DNA from: an uncultured Saprospiraceae bacterium
Lineage (GTDB): Bacteria; Bacteroidota; Bacteroidia; Chitinophagales; Saprospiraceae
Assembly: GCA_964405735.1 (NCBI GenBank)
Contig: CAYOPD010000006.1
Coordinates: 4,796 to 68,795 of the forward strand
Length of the DNA: 64,000 nt
Direction of reading: 5' to 3'
Positions 50,078 to 59,952 of this stretch are shown here, in pieces (position 1 is the stretch's first letter; each line of letters begins with the position of its first letter). The notes under the pieces were generated by a model that saw nothing but the letters and a program-made list of their open reading frames with translations, was not told the origin of the DNA and did no database searches. A program made the translations under genes and the position numbers.

Positions 50078-50109
50078 AAACCGGTGGAATTCATGTTTTC
50101 CACCGGTTT
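50078..50109. terminator. Bidirectional intrinsic terminator between convergent genes
   Basis: Perfect 12-bp stem: 'aaaccggtggaa' (50078-50089) pairs with 'ttccaccggttt' (50098-50109), with an 8-nt loop. An A-tract lies upstream and a T-tract downstream. Confidence 0.85.
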
Positions 50110-50127
50110 ATTTATGGTTTGATCTGT

Positions 50128-51003
50128 TTACATTTTGACAAGGGTCTGATCTCCGTCCATACCTCTGAATAAGATTACTTTGCCGTCCTTAAACCGGAAG
50201 TGATGGGTGTAATGGGATTCATACATTTTCCCGGAAGCCAGGTGAGTGTATTTTGCTTTTACCCGGCAGTACACATTGTCTCCGCTGGCTACAAAATCAT
50301 AAGGTTCGAATACGCTGTATTTGAATTTGTCATTCAATTCTTTGAAAAATTGGGCGACTTCCTTTTTCCCTTTGTACCAGCGGGTGCCGTAGTCGAAAAC
50401 CCGGTCATCGATCTCAAACATCAGGTCCGGATCGGATCCGGAAAGGATGCCGTTGACATCGCCGCTTCCGAATTTTTTATAAATATCCATGACCGCATTC
50501 GCATTTGGATTGCCTAAAAATCCATAACCGATCTGTTCGAAAATGAGATTGGGATTGCTCACGGCGTGCGATAGGGCCTTTCCCATGCCATCCATTTCAA
50601 TGACATCGACGTCGGTGAATTCCACTTTTTTGCCGGTAGGCGGAAGCATGCCCATCACTGAACCGGTATTGGTGCCTGTCAGCTTAACAATGGAGTAATA
50701 CTTGTTGCCATCATTGACCGAATGGATTACGGTAAACTTCAGGTCCGGAAAGGCTTTCATGAATGCTTCGTATGCAGGTTGTATGTTTTCCCTCCCTTTG
50801 ACCGGCATGGGCGCCGCCGTATAGTCTGTATATTCAGGGGACACCATGGTAAAGAAGAGGTCGAAATTGCGCATATTCAATGATTCATAGGCTGCCTTGA
50901 TCAGGGCTTTGTTTTGCTCAATGACTTTTGGTTTTTGAGCAGAAAGGACAGAGGCAGTGAAAACCAGGAACAAAAGAATCGGTTTTGTGAGTTGAATTTT
51001 CAT
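50128..51003 (-). CDS. Secreted tandem NTF2-like (SnoaL/ester-cyclase-like) domain protein
   Basis: Signal peptide. 'NKALIKAAYESLNMRNFDLFFTMVSPEYTDY' and 'GTNTGSVMGMLPPTGKKVEFTDVDVIEM' are SnoaL-like. A second NTF2-like half follows. Trimmed to the Met at 51003. Confidence 0.65.
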   Translation of the reverse strand: MKIQLTKPILLFLVFTASVLSAQKPKVIEQNKALIKAAYESLNMRNFDLFFTMVSPEYTDYTAAPMPVKGRENIQPAYEAFMKAFPDLKFTVIHSVNDGNKYYSIVKLTGTNTGSVMGMLPPTGKKVEFTDVDVIEMDGMGKALSHAVSNPNLIFEQIGYGFLGNPNANAVMDIYKKFGSGDVNGILSGSDPDLMFEIDDRVFDYGTRWYKGKKEVAQFFKELNDKFKYSVFEPYDFVASGDNVYCRVKAKYTHLASGKMYESHYTHHFRFKDGKVILFRGMDGDQTLVKM

Positions 51004-51114
51004 GTGGAGTTTTTTTTGTTGTATAATGTCCACAAATCTAAATTCCTCGACTGTCCGTTATCCAGTCCAGACTTTATCCAGCTTTTGTTCAAAAAAAAGA
51101 AAAAGAAACCGCGA

Positions 51115-51546
51115 TCAGCAGTTTGATATCTTTTGCACCCTTTCACTGTGGCGGCCTCCCTCGAACGCGGTTTGAAGGAAGATCCCAACCATGCGAACCG
51201 CTTCATCCGCTGAGACAAAACGGCCCGGCAGGGCGATGACATTGGCATCGTTGTGCAGGCGGGCTAGCCTGGCGATATCATCCGTCCAGCATAAGGCGGC
51301 CCGGATGCCCGGGTGCTTGTTGGCGGTGATGGCAACTCCATTGCCGCTGCCACAAACCAGGATGCCGAAATGGGCAACTCCCTGTTCGACCGCCTTGGCT
51401 ACCGGATGGGCAAAATCCGGATAATCCACCCGGTCCGGGCTGTAAGTTCCATAGTCCATACAGTCGATATTCTGTTCCTGCAGGCTTTTTAGGATGGCCT
51501 GCTTCACTTCGAATCCGGCATGGTCCGCACCCAGGGCAATGGTCAT
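51115..51546 (-). CDS. rpiB: Ribose-5-phosphate isomerase B
   Basis: 'MTIALGADHAGFEVKQAI', 'GILVCGSGNGVAITANKHPGIRAA' and 'HNDANVIALPGRF'. Trimmed to the Met at 51546. Confidence 0.93.
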   Translation of the reverse strand: MTIALGADHAGFEVKQAILKSLQEQNIDCMDYGTYSPDRVDYPDFAHPVAKAVEQGVAHFGILVCGSGNGVAITANKHPGIRAALCWTDDIARLARLHNDANVIALPGRFVSADEAVRMVGIFLQTAFEGGRHSERVQKISNC

Positions 51547-51716
51547 TGGCTTATCGGTTGTTTGATACAAATATCGGTACTCCAGGGTTATTCCTTGTAA
51601 TTTAAAGCAGAGCAATAACGCAGTGGTTTGTTCCTTATTTCCAATGACAGCGGGGAAAGGGCTTAAAATTTTCCAAACTCGCCTTAGTTTGCAGGATCAA
51701 AACCAATCCTAACGTC

Positions 51717-53423
51717 ATGAAACCAGGGATTATCCTTCTGACTTTTTTTTTATTGGCCGGTTGCAAATCCGAATTACCGGCTGACCTCATCCTGCTGGGA
51801 GGCAATATTTACACCGGTGACCGGGAAAATCCAAGTGCCAGGGCATTGGCAGTCCGTGAAGGCAAGTTGATCTACGTCGGGGATGAAGCCGGTGCAAAAA
51901 AATTTGCCGGCCCGAACACAGAGATGGTTGATGCGGAAGGGAAATTTGTCATGCCCGGATTCATCGAAGGCCACGGCCATTTTGCCGGCCTCGGAGGCAG
52001 CCTGATCAACCTCAATTTTATAAAAACCAAAAGCTGGGACGAAATCGTGGCCATGGTCGCTGAAAAAGCAAAAACCGCGAAACCGGGTGAATGGATCATC
52101 GGGAGGGGATGGCACCAGGAAAAATGGACCCAGCCCCTTTTTGCCAGCGTTCACGGCTATCCGATGCACGACGCCCTTTCAGCCGTTTCTCCTGAAAATC
52201 CGGTCCTGCTCAATCATGCCAGCGGGCATGGTTCATTTGCAAATAAAAAAGCAATGGAACTGGCGGGCATTACCCGGGAGACCCCGGATCCCAAAGGAGG
52301 TACCATCATACGGGATGCCCAGGGGGATGCCATCGGTATGTTTGAAGAAAGAGCCCAGGGTATTATTTATCAGGCCTATAATACCTATCTCAAAACACAA
52401 TCTCCGGAACAACTTGAAAAAATCTGGCACGACGGCATTGAGCTGGCCCAGCAAGAATGCCTGCGCAAAGGGGTGACTTCTTTTCAGGACGCGGGCAGCA
52501 GTTTTCAGGAAATGGAATGGTATAAGGCCCTGGCTGAACAAAATAAACTTAAAGTAAGGCTCTGGGCCATGCTCCGGCAAGGCAGTAGGGATTTGGCGGG
52601 AGAGGCGCTCAATACCTTTCCCTGGGTCGGCCTTGGCAACGACCATTTTACCATGAGGGCGGTGAAGGCGGATGTAGATGGAGCCCTGGGGTCCTATGGT
52701 GCCTGGCTGCTCGCTCCATATTCGGATCGTTCAGACCGTTTTTATGGACAGAATACCACCGAAGTCAGTGAAGTCGATGCGGTCGCCCGGCTTTGTGTTG
52801 ACCATGGGCTGCAACTTTGTGTACATGCCATCGGCGACAGGGCCAACCGGGAAGTGCTGGACCTGATGGAAAGACATTTTGAAGCCAATCCGGAAAAAAA
52901 GGACCTGAGATGGCGTATAGAACATTCACAGCATCTGGATACCGCTGATATTCCCAGGTTTGCAGAACTCGGAGTCATCGCTTCCATGCAAGGCATCCAC
53001 TGTACCAGCGATGCGCCTTTTGTAGTGAAACGATTGGGTGAATTCAGGGCCCGTACTGGAGCGTATGCCTGGAAAAGTCTTCTGCGGGCCGGGGCGGTGG
53101 TCACCAATGGAACCGATACCCCTGTCGAAGATGTGGATCCGCTGGCTTCCTTTTATGCAACCGTAACCCGGACCCGGGCGGATAATGGCATGCGGTTTTT
53201 CCCCGAACAAAAATTAAGCCGGGAAGAAGCCCTTCATTCTTATACCCTGGCGGCTGCGTTTTCGGCTTTTGAGGAGACGGTGAAAGGTTCTCTGAGCCCC
53301 GGCAAATGGGCCGATTTTATTATCCTGTCGGAAGACCTGGTCCACTGTCCGGATGAAGCCATCCTGAAAACGGAAGTCCTCAAAACCTGGGTGGGCGGTA
53401 AATTATTGTACTCAAAGGGATAA
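51717..53423 (+). CDS. Amidohydrolase family (Amidohydro_3-type) lipoprotein
   Basis: Lipobox 'LLAGCKS'. 'MPGFIEGHGHF' is the HxH metal motif. 'VHAIGDRAN' and 'NGTDTPVEDVDP'. Confidence 0.85.
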   Translation: MKPGIILLTFFLLAGCKSELPADLILLGGNIYTGDRENPSARALAVREGKLIYVGDEAGAKKFAGPNTEMVDAEGKFVMPGFIEGHGHFAGLGGSLINLNFIKTKSWDEIVAMVAEKAKTAKPGEWIIGRGWHQEKWTQPLFASVHGYPMHDALSAVSPENPVLLNHASGHGSFANKKAMELAGITRETPDPKGGTIIRDAQGDAIGMFEERAQGIIYQAYNTYLKTQSPEQLEKIWHDGIELAQQECLRKGVTSFQDAGSSFQEMEWYKALAEQNKLKVRLWAMLRQGSRDLAGEALNTFPWVGLGNDHFTMRAVKADVDGALGSYGAWLLAPYSDRSDRFYGQNTTEVSEVDAVARLCVDHGLQLCVHAIGDRANREVLDLMERHFEANPEKKDLRWRIEHSQHLDTADIPRFAELGVIASMQGIHCTSDAPFVVKRLGEFRARTGAYAWKSLLRAGAVVTNGTDTPVEDVDPLASFYATVTRTRADNGMRFFPEQKLSREEALHSYTLAAAFSAFEETVKGSLSPGKWADFIILSEDLVHCPDEAILKTEVLKTWVGGKLLYSKG

Positions 53424-53427
53424 AGTC

Positions 53428-54537
53428 ATGGTTAAGTGGATCTTCCTGGCCGGCCTGATGGGTATGGCCAATGGGTCGTGGGCACAGGATTTGCTACGGT
53501 TCAATGAAAAGTCCTTTATTAAACCTGCAGAGAATCCAATCCTGCGTGCGGATTCCAATCTTATATTTCAGGATCCGGTTTTACAACAAATGGTGCGATG
53601 GCAGCGGGCCGATGTATTTAACCCTGCTGCAATCGTCCGGGACGGTAAAGTTTTGCTTTTATACCGGTGTGAGGACAATCCGGCCGCCCACCTTGGTGGC
53701 AGGACCTCCCGGCTCGGCTTAGCGGAAAGTAGGGACGGAATACGTTTTACCAAATTCCCGGAACCCGTGCTTTATCCGGCGGATGATCTTTTCCGGGAAT
53801 TCGAATATCCCGGGGGTTGCGAAGATCCACGGCTGGTCCAGACCGAAGAGGGCCTCTATGTGGTGGCCTATACTTCCTGGAATCAAAAGGTGGCCAGGTT
53901 ATGCATTGCGTTTTCCAGGGATCTGATCCATTGGGAGAAAAAGGGGCCGGCCTTTGCAAAAGCCTACGATGGAAAATTTCTCAATACCTGGAGTAAATCG
54001 GGATCCATGATCACCCGGATGATCAAAGGCAGGCAGGTTTTGGCAAAAATCAACGGCAAATACTGGATGTATTGGGGAGAACAGCTGGTCAACCTGGCCT
54101 GGTCCGAAAATTTATACGACTGGCACCCGACCCTGGATGAGGCGGGCAAGCTGAAAGCTGTGATTGCGCCCAGGAAAAAATATTTTGACAGCCATCTCAC
54201 GGAGTGCGGCCCTCCGGCCATAATGACCTCCAAAGGCATTACCTTATTGTACAATGGAAAAAACCTTTCCGGGGAGGATGCAGATCCCGCCCTCCCGGGG
54301 AATACCTATTCTGTGGGTCAGGTGATCCTGGACCCGGCCCGTCCGGATATAGTCTTGTACCGTTCGGAAATCCCTTTTCTACAACCCTCCCTTCCGCATG
54401 AAAAGACAGGGCAATATGAGGCAGGCACCACCTTTGCCGAAGGCCTCGTCTATTTTAAGAAAAAATGGTTTTTGTATTATGGTACTGCGGATTCCTTTGT
54501 CGGCCTGGCCATTGCTAAAAACAAAACCTATAGATAA
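53428..54537 (+). CDS. Glycoside hydrolase family 130-like glycosidase/phosphorylase, secreted
   Basis: Signal peptide. 'VFNPAAIVRDGKVLLLYRCED', 'SRLGLAESRDGIRF', 'GCEDPRLV' and 'WFLYYGTADS' form the five-bladed propeller GH130 pattern. Confidence 0.8.
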   Translation: MVKWIFLAGLMGMANGSWAQDLLRFNEKSFIKPAENPILRADSNLIFQDPVLQQMVRWQRADVFNPAAIVRDGKVLLLYRCEDNPAAHLGGRTSRLGLAESRDGIRFTKFPEPVLYPADDLFREFEYPGGCEDPRLVQTEEGLYVVAYTSWNQKVARLCIAFSRDLIHWEKKGPAFAKAYDGKFLNTWSKSGSMITRMIKGRQVLAKINGKYWMYWGEQLVNLAWSENLYDWHPTLDEAGKLKAVIAPRKKYFDSHLTECGPPAIMTSKGITLLYNGKNLSGEDADPALPGNTYSVGQVILDPARPDIVLYRSEIPFLQPSLPHEKTGQYEAGTTFAEGLVYFKKKWFLYYGTADSFVGLAIAKNKTYR

Positions 54538-54942
54538 GGACCCGGATTGTGGCCTGCTGATTGAACTCAGGACTCTTCACCCTCTCCGAACGGTTCGTCT
54601 CCGGTTGTAATGCGGCTGTTATTGAATCCGTCGTCGTCATTAAATTCTACAGTGATGCATCTTTCTCCGGCAGCCCCCTTGATGAGCAGATTGGTTTTGG
54701 AACCGGACTTCCTGGAAGACCAGTGATAGAATACATAAGATTGGGCGGGAAGGATTCACGCATGATGACCAGATTGTTTTGAATAAAATTAAGGAAAAGT
54801 CTGGTAGAAGGGTGGGGTTTGAGGAGCGAGGTGCCGGATCCTGGAAACAAAGACTTGCCTGCCCTTCCGTTTTTTATCTTTCCGGGCATTTTGTCTTCCA
54901 TTCAATAGTGAAAACCTTCTTTCAACTCAAAGGATTAAGTCC

Positions 54943-54950
54943 TATTTTTG
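54943..54950 (+). promoter_or_regulatory. Candidate -7 box (TAnnTTTG) just upstream of uvrA
   Basis: 'TATTTTTG' overlaps the TTG at 54948 used by the ORF track. This is why I prefer the ATG at 54957 as the start, which implies a very short leader. Confidence 0.35.
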
Positions 54951-54956
54951 CAGGTC

Positions 54957-57797
54957 ATGTCAGGAAAAAAGAGCCAGGAGACGGCTGAGGAAGAATTCAT
55001 AGAGGTGACTGGAGCGCGGGTGCACAACCTGAAAAACATCGATATCCGCATACCCAGGAATCAGCTGGTGGTCATTACAGGCCTTAGTGGGAGCGGCAAG
55101 TCTTCCCTCGCATTTGATACGATCTATGCCGAAGGCCAGAGAAGGTATATGGAGACCTTTTCTTCCTACGCCCGTCAGTTTATCGGAAATATGGAAAGGC
55201 CAGACGTGGAATTGATTACCGGTCTAAGCCCGGTGATATCCATCGAACAAAAGACCAGCGGATGGAATCCCCGGTCCACCGTAGGGACCATCACGGAGGT
55301 TTACGATTTATTCCGCCTCCTTTTTGCCCGGATCGGGGAGGCTTACAGCTATGTCAGCGGTAAAAAAATGGTCAAATACAGCGAGGCCCAGGTCATCGAC
55401 CATGTCCTGAGTACCTACCAGGAAAAAAAAATTATCCTCCTGGCACCGGTCATCCGGGGCAGAAAAGGCCATTACCGGGAGATCTTTGAGCAGGCCCGAA
55501 AGCAGGGCTATAGCAAGGTCAGGGTGGATGGACAGATGATGGACCTGAGGCCAGGCATGCAGGTCGACCGCTACAAGGTCCACGATATTGAGATCGTGAT
55601 CGACCGCATCCAGGTGCAGCATTCCAGGCGTGACCGGCTTGCGTCTTCGGTTCAATTGGCCATGAAAATGGGCAATGGCCTCCTGATGGTGGAGGACGAA
55701 GCAGGGCAGGTGGTGCCTTACAGCCAGAACCTGATGGACCCTGAAAACGGCATTTCCTATGAGGATCCGTCTCCAAATACCTTTTCCTTTAATTCCCCTT
55801 ACGGGGCCTGCCCAAATTGCGATGGCTTGGGCAAACTGCACCAGGTGGATATGGAAAAGGTGATCCCGGATCCTAAAAAAAGCATCAATGAGACCGGTAT
55901 TGCCCCATTGGGGGAGGTGAGGGAAAACATGACCTTCCAGCAGCTCAGGGCGATCTCAAAACAATATGGATTCACCTTCAGTACCGCCATTGAAAATATC
56001 CCGAAGAAAGCCCTCGAGATTATCCTGCACGGCGGTGAGGAAGGATTTGAAGTGAAGCCCAATTATTCACAAAACGAATTTGTATACAACCTGGCCCGTG
56101 AAGGCCTGGTCAATATGCTGGTCCGATGGCACCGGGACAGCACCAGCGAAAAAATAAGGCAATGGGCCGAGGATTTTATGACCATCAGCCTTTGCCCCGA
56201 ATGCCAGGGAGCCAGGCTGAAAAAAGAAGCGCTGCATTTCAAAGTTGCCGGTTTGAATATTTCTGAGCTTGCTGAAATGGACTTGTCCGATTTGGCCCGA
56301 TGGCTGGATGAGGCGGAACCAAAACTCAACCCAAGGCAACAACAAATCGGCCTGGATGTAATCAAGGAAGTCCGGCTGCGGCTCCGGTTTTTGTTGCATG
56401 TAGGCCTGGATTACCTGAGCATGAACCGGCCTGCGAACTCCCTCTCCGGAGGAGAATCGCAGCGTACCCGCCTGGCGACCCAGATTGGTTCCCAACTCAC
56501 CGGAGTCACTTATATCCTGGATGAGCCCAGCATTGGCCTGCATGCCAGGGACAACCAAAGGCTGATCCAGGCCTTACGCGAACTCAGGGACATTGGCAAT
56601 TCCCTGCTGGTAGTCGAGCACGACAAGGAAATCATGCTGGCTTCGGATTACCTGCTTGACCTCGGGCCGGGAGCGGGATCGCACGGTGGCCGGCTGGTAG
56701 CCAGCGGCATTCCCCGGGAATTTTTATTACAGGACTCGCTTACGGCCGACTATCTCAGCGACCGGAAAAAAATCGCTGTTCCAGGCAGAAGGCGTAAAGG
56801 AAATGGCCAGTTTCTGAAATTGTTTGGGGCCCGGGGGCACAATCTCCGGAAAGTGGACCTGAGTATACCCCTGAGTACCTTTATCTGCGTCACCGGTGTC
56901 AGCGGGAGCGGCAAAAGCAGCCTGATCAATGAAACCTTGTACCCGATCCTTCGCAAACATTTTTATGGCAGTGTGCAGAAACCATTGCCTTTTGACCGGG
57001 TTGAAGGCATAGACCTTCTGGACAAGGTCATTGAGATCGACCAGTCACCCATTGGCCGCACCCCGCGGTCCAATCCAGCTACCTATACCGGTGTATTCAC
57101 TGACATCCGTAACATATTCACCGGGCTTCCCGAGGCAAAAATCAGGGGATACAAGGCCGGAAGGTTTTCATTTAACGTAAAGGGAGGAAGGTGTGAAACC
57201 TGCGAAGGAGGGGGGATGCGCGTGATTGAGATGAATTTTTTGCCGGATGTCCAGGTCGAATGCGAAACCTGCCTGGGCAGAAGGTACAACCGGGAAACCC
57301 TGGAAATCCTGTACAAAGGCAAGAATATCAGCCAGGTACTGGATATGCGGGTGGAAGATGCCATGCATTTTTTTGAAAATGTGCCCAATATCCACCGGAA
57401 GATGAAGACGCTTTACGAAGTGGGCCTGGGTTATATCTCCCTGGGCCAGCAAGCAACCACCCTTTCCGGAGGGGAGGCCCAAAGGGTAAAATTGTCGGAA
57501 GAACTTTCAAAGCGGGACAGCGGCAATACGCTTTATATCCTTGATGAGCCGACTACCGGGTTGCACTTTGCTGATATACAACACCTTTTGGACATTTTAA
57601 ACCGCCTGGTAGACCGGGGCAATACGGTGGTAGTGATTGAACACAACCTGGATGTGATCAAAGTGGCGGATCACATCATCGACATGGGGCCTGAGGGCGG
57701 CAAATATGGGGGCAGGATAGTGGCGACCGGCACCCCTGAGGCCGTCGCCAGGTCTAAGGAGAGCCTTACGGCGAAATATTTGAAAGAAGAGCTCTGA
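54957..57797 (+). CDS. uvrA: Excinuclease ABC subunit A
   Basis: 'GARVHNLKNIDIRIPRNQLVVITGLSGSGKSSLAFDTIYAEGQRRY', two ABC modules, and zinc-finger Cys pairs. The track ORF starts at 54948 (TTG). Confidence 0.97.
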   Translation: MSGKKSQETAEEEFIEVTGARVHNLKNIDIRIPRNQLVVITGLSGSGKSSLAFDTIYAEGQRRYMETFSSYARQFIGNMERPDVELITGLSPVISIEQKTSGWNPRSTVGTITEVYDLFRLLFARIGEAYSYVSGKKMVKYSEAQVIDHVLSTYQEKKIILLAPVIRGRKGHYREIFEQARKQGYSKVRVDGQMMDLRPGMQVDRYKVHDIEIVIDRIQVQHSRRDRLASSVQLAMKMGNGLLMVEDEAGQVVPYSQNLMDPENGISYEDPSPNTFSFNSPYGACPNCDGLGKLHQVDMEKVIPDPKKSINETGIAPLGEVRENMTFQQLRAISKQYGFTFSTAIENIPKKALEIILHGGEEGFEVKPNYSQNEFVYNLAREGLVNMLVRWHRDSTSEKIRQWAEDFMTISLCPECQGARLKKEALHFKVAGLNISELAEMDLSDLARWLDEAEPKLNPRQQQIGLDVIKEVRLRLRFLLHVGLDYLSMNRPANSLSGGESQRTRLATQIGSQLTGVTYILDEPSIGLHARDNQRLIQALRELRDIGNSLLVVEHDKEIMLASDYLLDLGPGAGSHGGRLVASGIPREFLLQDSLTADYLSDRKKIAVPGRRRKGNGQFLKLFGARGHNLRKVDLSIPLSTFICVTGVSGSGKSSLINETLYPILRKHFYGSVQKPLPFDRVEGIDLLDKVIEIDQSPIGRTPRSNPATYTGVFTDIRNIFTGLPEAKIRGYKAGRFSFNVKGGRCETCEGGGMRVIEMNFLPDVQVECETCLGRRYNRETLEILYKGKNISQVLDMRVEDAMHFFENVPNIHRKMKTLYEVGLGYISLGQQATTLSGGEAQRVKLSEELSKRDSGNTLYILDEPTTGLHFADIQHLLDILNRLVDRGNTVVVIEHNLDVIKVADHIIDMGPEGGKYGGRIVATGTPEAVARSKESLTAKYLKEEL

Positions 57798-57811
57798 AGG
57801 GATAAAAAAAT

Positions 57812-57840
57812 AAAGCCCGATTCCTTTGAATCGGGCTTTT
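57812..57840 (+). terminator. Strong intrinsic terminator after uvrA
   Basis: Perfect 12-bp stem: 'aaagcccgattc' pairs with 'gaatcgggcttt', with a 4-nt loop and T-rich tail. It marks the left edge of the AT-rich island. Confidence 0.88.
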
Positions 57841-58170
57841 ATCAAATTACCCTTTACACTAAATACATATTGATTTTCAAGGATTTGAGGATACTAAATT
57901 TGATAATAGTCCTGGTAATCCTTGCGGTCTCAACGCATCAAATGGTCTGAAATTATATTCAGATCATATTTTTGATGCTATTGTAAATAATTAATTTATA
58001 ACTAAGTATAAACATTTAACAACTCCCGCCAACAGAAATAATTCTAGAATCCATCTACAACTGTGGTAATTCCAAGAGCACAGAGAATCCATTCAATAAA
58101 ATTTTTCATTTCGATTCAATTTTGAATCAAAATTATAGCAGCGCTGGAAGCCAAAGAATATCATAAACCC

Positions 58171-58365
58171 TTGGATATGGACGGAGTTATTTTTGTAAAT
58201 TATATGAATTCAGTTCATATATTCCTGATTTTAAGTATTATATATTACTTTACAGTTATTATATTATTGATTCCTCACATTTATATTATTGCTTTCGTCA
58301 AAGCTAAGTTGGCTTTGGGATTGACCATGTATCAATATTTCATTCACCAAGACGTAAAAAATTGA
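58171..58365 (+). CDS. Possible small two-TM membrane protein (very AT-rich ORF)
   Basis: 64-aa ORF with 'HIFLILSIIYYFTVIILLIPHIYIIAFV'. Hydrophobic ORFs arise easily by chance in T-rich DNA, and there is no independent support. Confidence 0.2.
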   Translation: MDMDGVIFVNYMNSVHIFLILSIIYYFTVIILLIPHIYIIAFVKAKLALGLTMYQYFIHQDVKN

Positions 58366-58422
58366 GTTTTTTTCAAAATACTTCCCTTTAAAATATTGAT
58401 ATTTAGCTTATTGTGATTAATA

Positions 58423-59952
58423 TTGAATGAACATTTTATTATGATAAATGAAATAAAATCCCTTGTAAACTTTGTAAACAAATGTAAAGTCCAACATCTG
58501 GAGATCTTCACTCGGGAAGATTTTGGTAGAAGAAAGACAAAAATGGGGGAATTATTTGAACTGATCCGGGACTTAGATGTGAAGACAGAGGATGATTTAA
58601 AAACCGCTTTATATGGTGATAAGATATTGGCTTATGGTTTTGATAAAATCTATTCAAGGTTCAAGGAAAAATTGTCAAATACCCTCTTTTTTATTGACAC
58701 CCGGACCTCAATGTTTAGCGAAAGGGCTATTGCCTATTACAACTGTTCAAGAAGGGCTTATATCACGCGGATACTGCTCGAACGCGGTTATCATAAATTT
58801 TCCATTTCCCTTGTTGAGAAAACTCTACCGGTAAGCCTTAAATTTGAGTTTAGTGATCTGTCGGTCCATTTTCTGAAAGCTTTGATCCGCCATTATAGTA
58901 CCCGGAATATTGATTTAAAAAAGTTTGAAAAATATAAAGATATTTATCTGCCAGCTATCCAAACCCTCAATGCTGAGAATAAGTTGGAAATCATGGTTTC
59001 AAACATTGCTTATGAAAGCAATGCTGCGCATGCTTCCAAGCACAGTATCATATCTGAGGATGCACTCCTTGATTCTGTGGAAACAGCAGAAAACCTTTTA
59101 AAGGGGGAGGCGTCCATCGATTCCATTATGGCCGCCTCAAAAATTTTACAGTATTATTTCAAACAGAAAAAAAATTATGGTGAATATAAAAAGATCACGG
59201 CCGAGGCAATAAAAAAGATAAGTGCAAAACCATTTAGATCTATCATTGCGATTGAGTCCCTGATTCACGCTCAACTGACTATGACCCTAATTACTAGGGA
59301 TATCAAGTCAGCCGAGGCTATCCGATCTGAGTATTTCAACAGTATTAATATTGGGAATTTCAACTGGTACGTCATTCATTATTATTATGCATTGACCTTA
59401 ATGCATGGAAAGTCGTACCAGAAAGCTTATGAAGTAGTTCAGTCCATTCTGAATTATAAATCTTTTTCCAAACAACCCCCCGTAATCAGGGAAAATTTTT
59501 ATGTCTTGCAGGCCTATACGGAATTTCTTCTCAAAATCGGACGGATCCACCCGGTCGAACAGTCACTGGATTTCAGGCTTACCAAATTCTTGAACCAGGT
59601 GCCTGAATATTCTAAAGATAAACAGGGTGTAAATATTGCGATTATTCTGATCCAGGTCCTATATTTTCTGACGGAAAGTAAATATTCACGGATCATCGAC
59701 CGGATGGAGTCTTTGAACCTTTATGCCTACCGACACCTAAAGCATGATGAAAGCTTTCGTTCACAATCCTTCATCAAGATGCTTACTGAGATGGTAAGGG
59801 CGGATTTTAGGAAAAATGGAACGGTCTTCCGCACAGGTAAAATTAAACAAAACTTAAAGAATGCGGCTATCGAAACTAACCCGGATTCGGCGGAAACCGA
59901 AATCATTCCATATGAGGATTTGTGGGAATTGATCTTGGAGCAATTGGAATAA
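58423..59952 (+). CDS. Uncharacterised ~505-aa cytoplasmic protein, island paralog A
   Basis: A long ORF in AT-rich DNA, which is improbable by chance. It is a full-length paralog of 60923-62458. There is no signal peptide, TM segment or catalytic motif I recognise. The start may be TTG at 58423 or ATG at 58441. Confidence 0.8.
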   Translation: MNEHFIMINEIKSLVNFVNKCKVQHLEIFTREDFGRRKTKMGELFELIRDLDVKTEDDLKTALYGDKILAYGFDKIYSRFKEKLSNTLFFIDTRTSMFSERAIAYYNCSRRAYITRILLERGYHKFSISLVEKTLPVSLKFEFSDLSVHFLKALIRHYSTRNIDLKKFEKYKDIYLPAIQTLNAENKLEIMVSNIAYESNAAHASKHSIISEDALLDSVETAENLLKGEASIDSIMAASKILQYYFKQKKNYGEYKKITAEAIKKISAKPFRSIIAIESLIHAQLTMTLITRDIKSAEAIRSEYFNSINIGNFNWYVIHYYYALTLMHGKSYQKAYEVVQSILNYKSFSKQPPVIRENFYVLQAYTEFLLKIGRIHPVEQSLDFRLTKFLNQVPEYSKDKQGVNIAIILIQVLYFLTESKYSRIIDRMESLNLYAYRHLKHDESFRSQSFIKMLTEMVRADFRKNGTVFRTGKIKQNLKNAAIETNPDSAETEIIPYEDLWELILEQLE

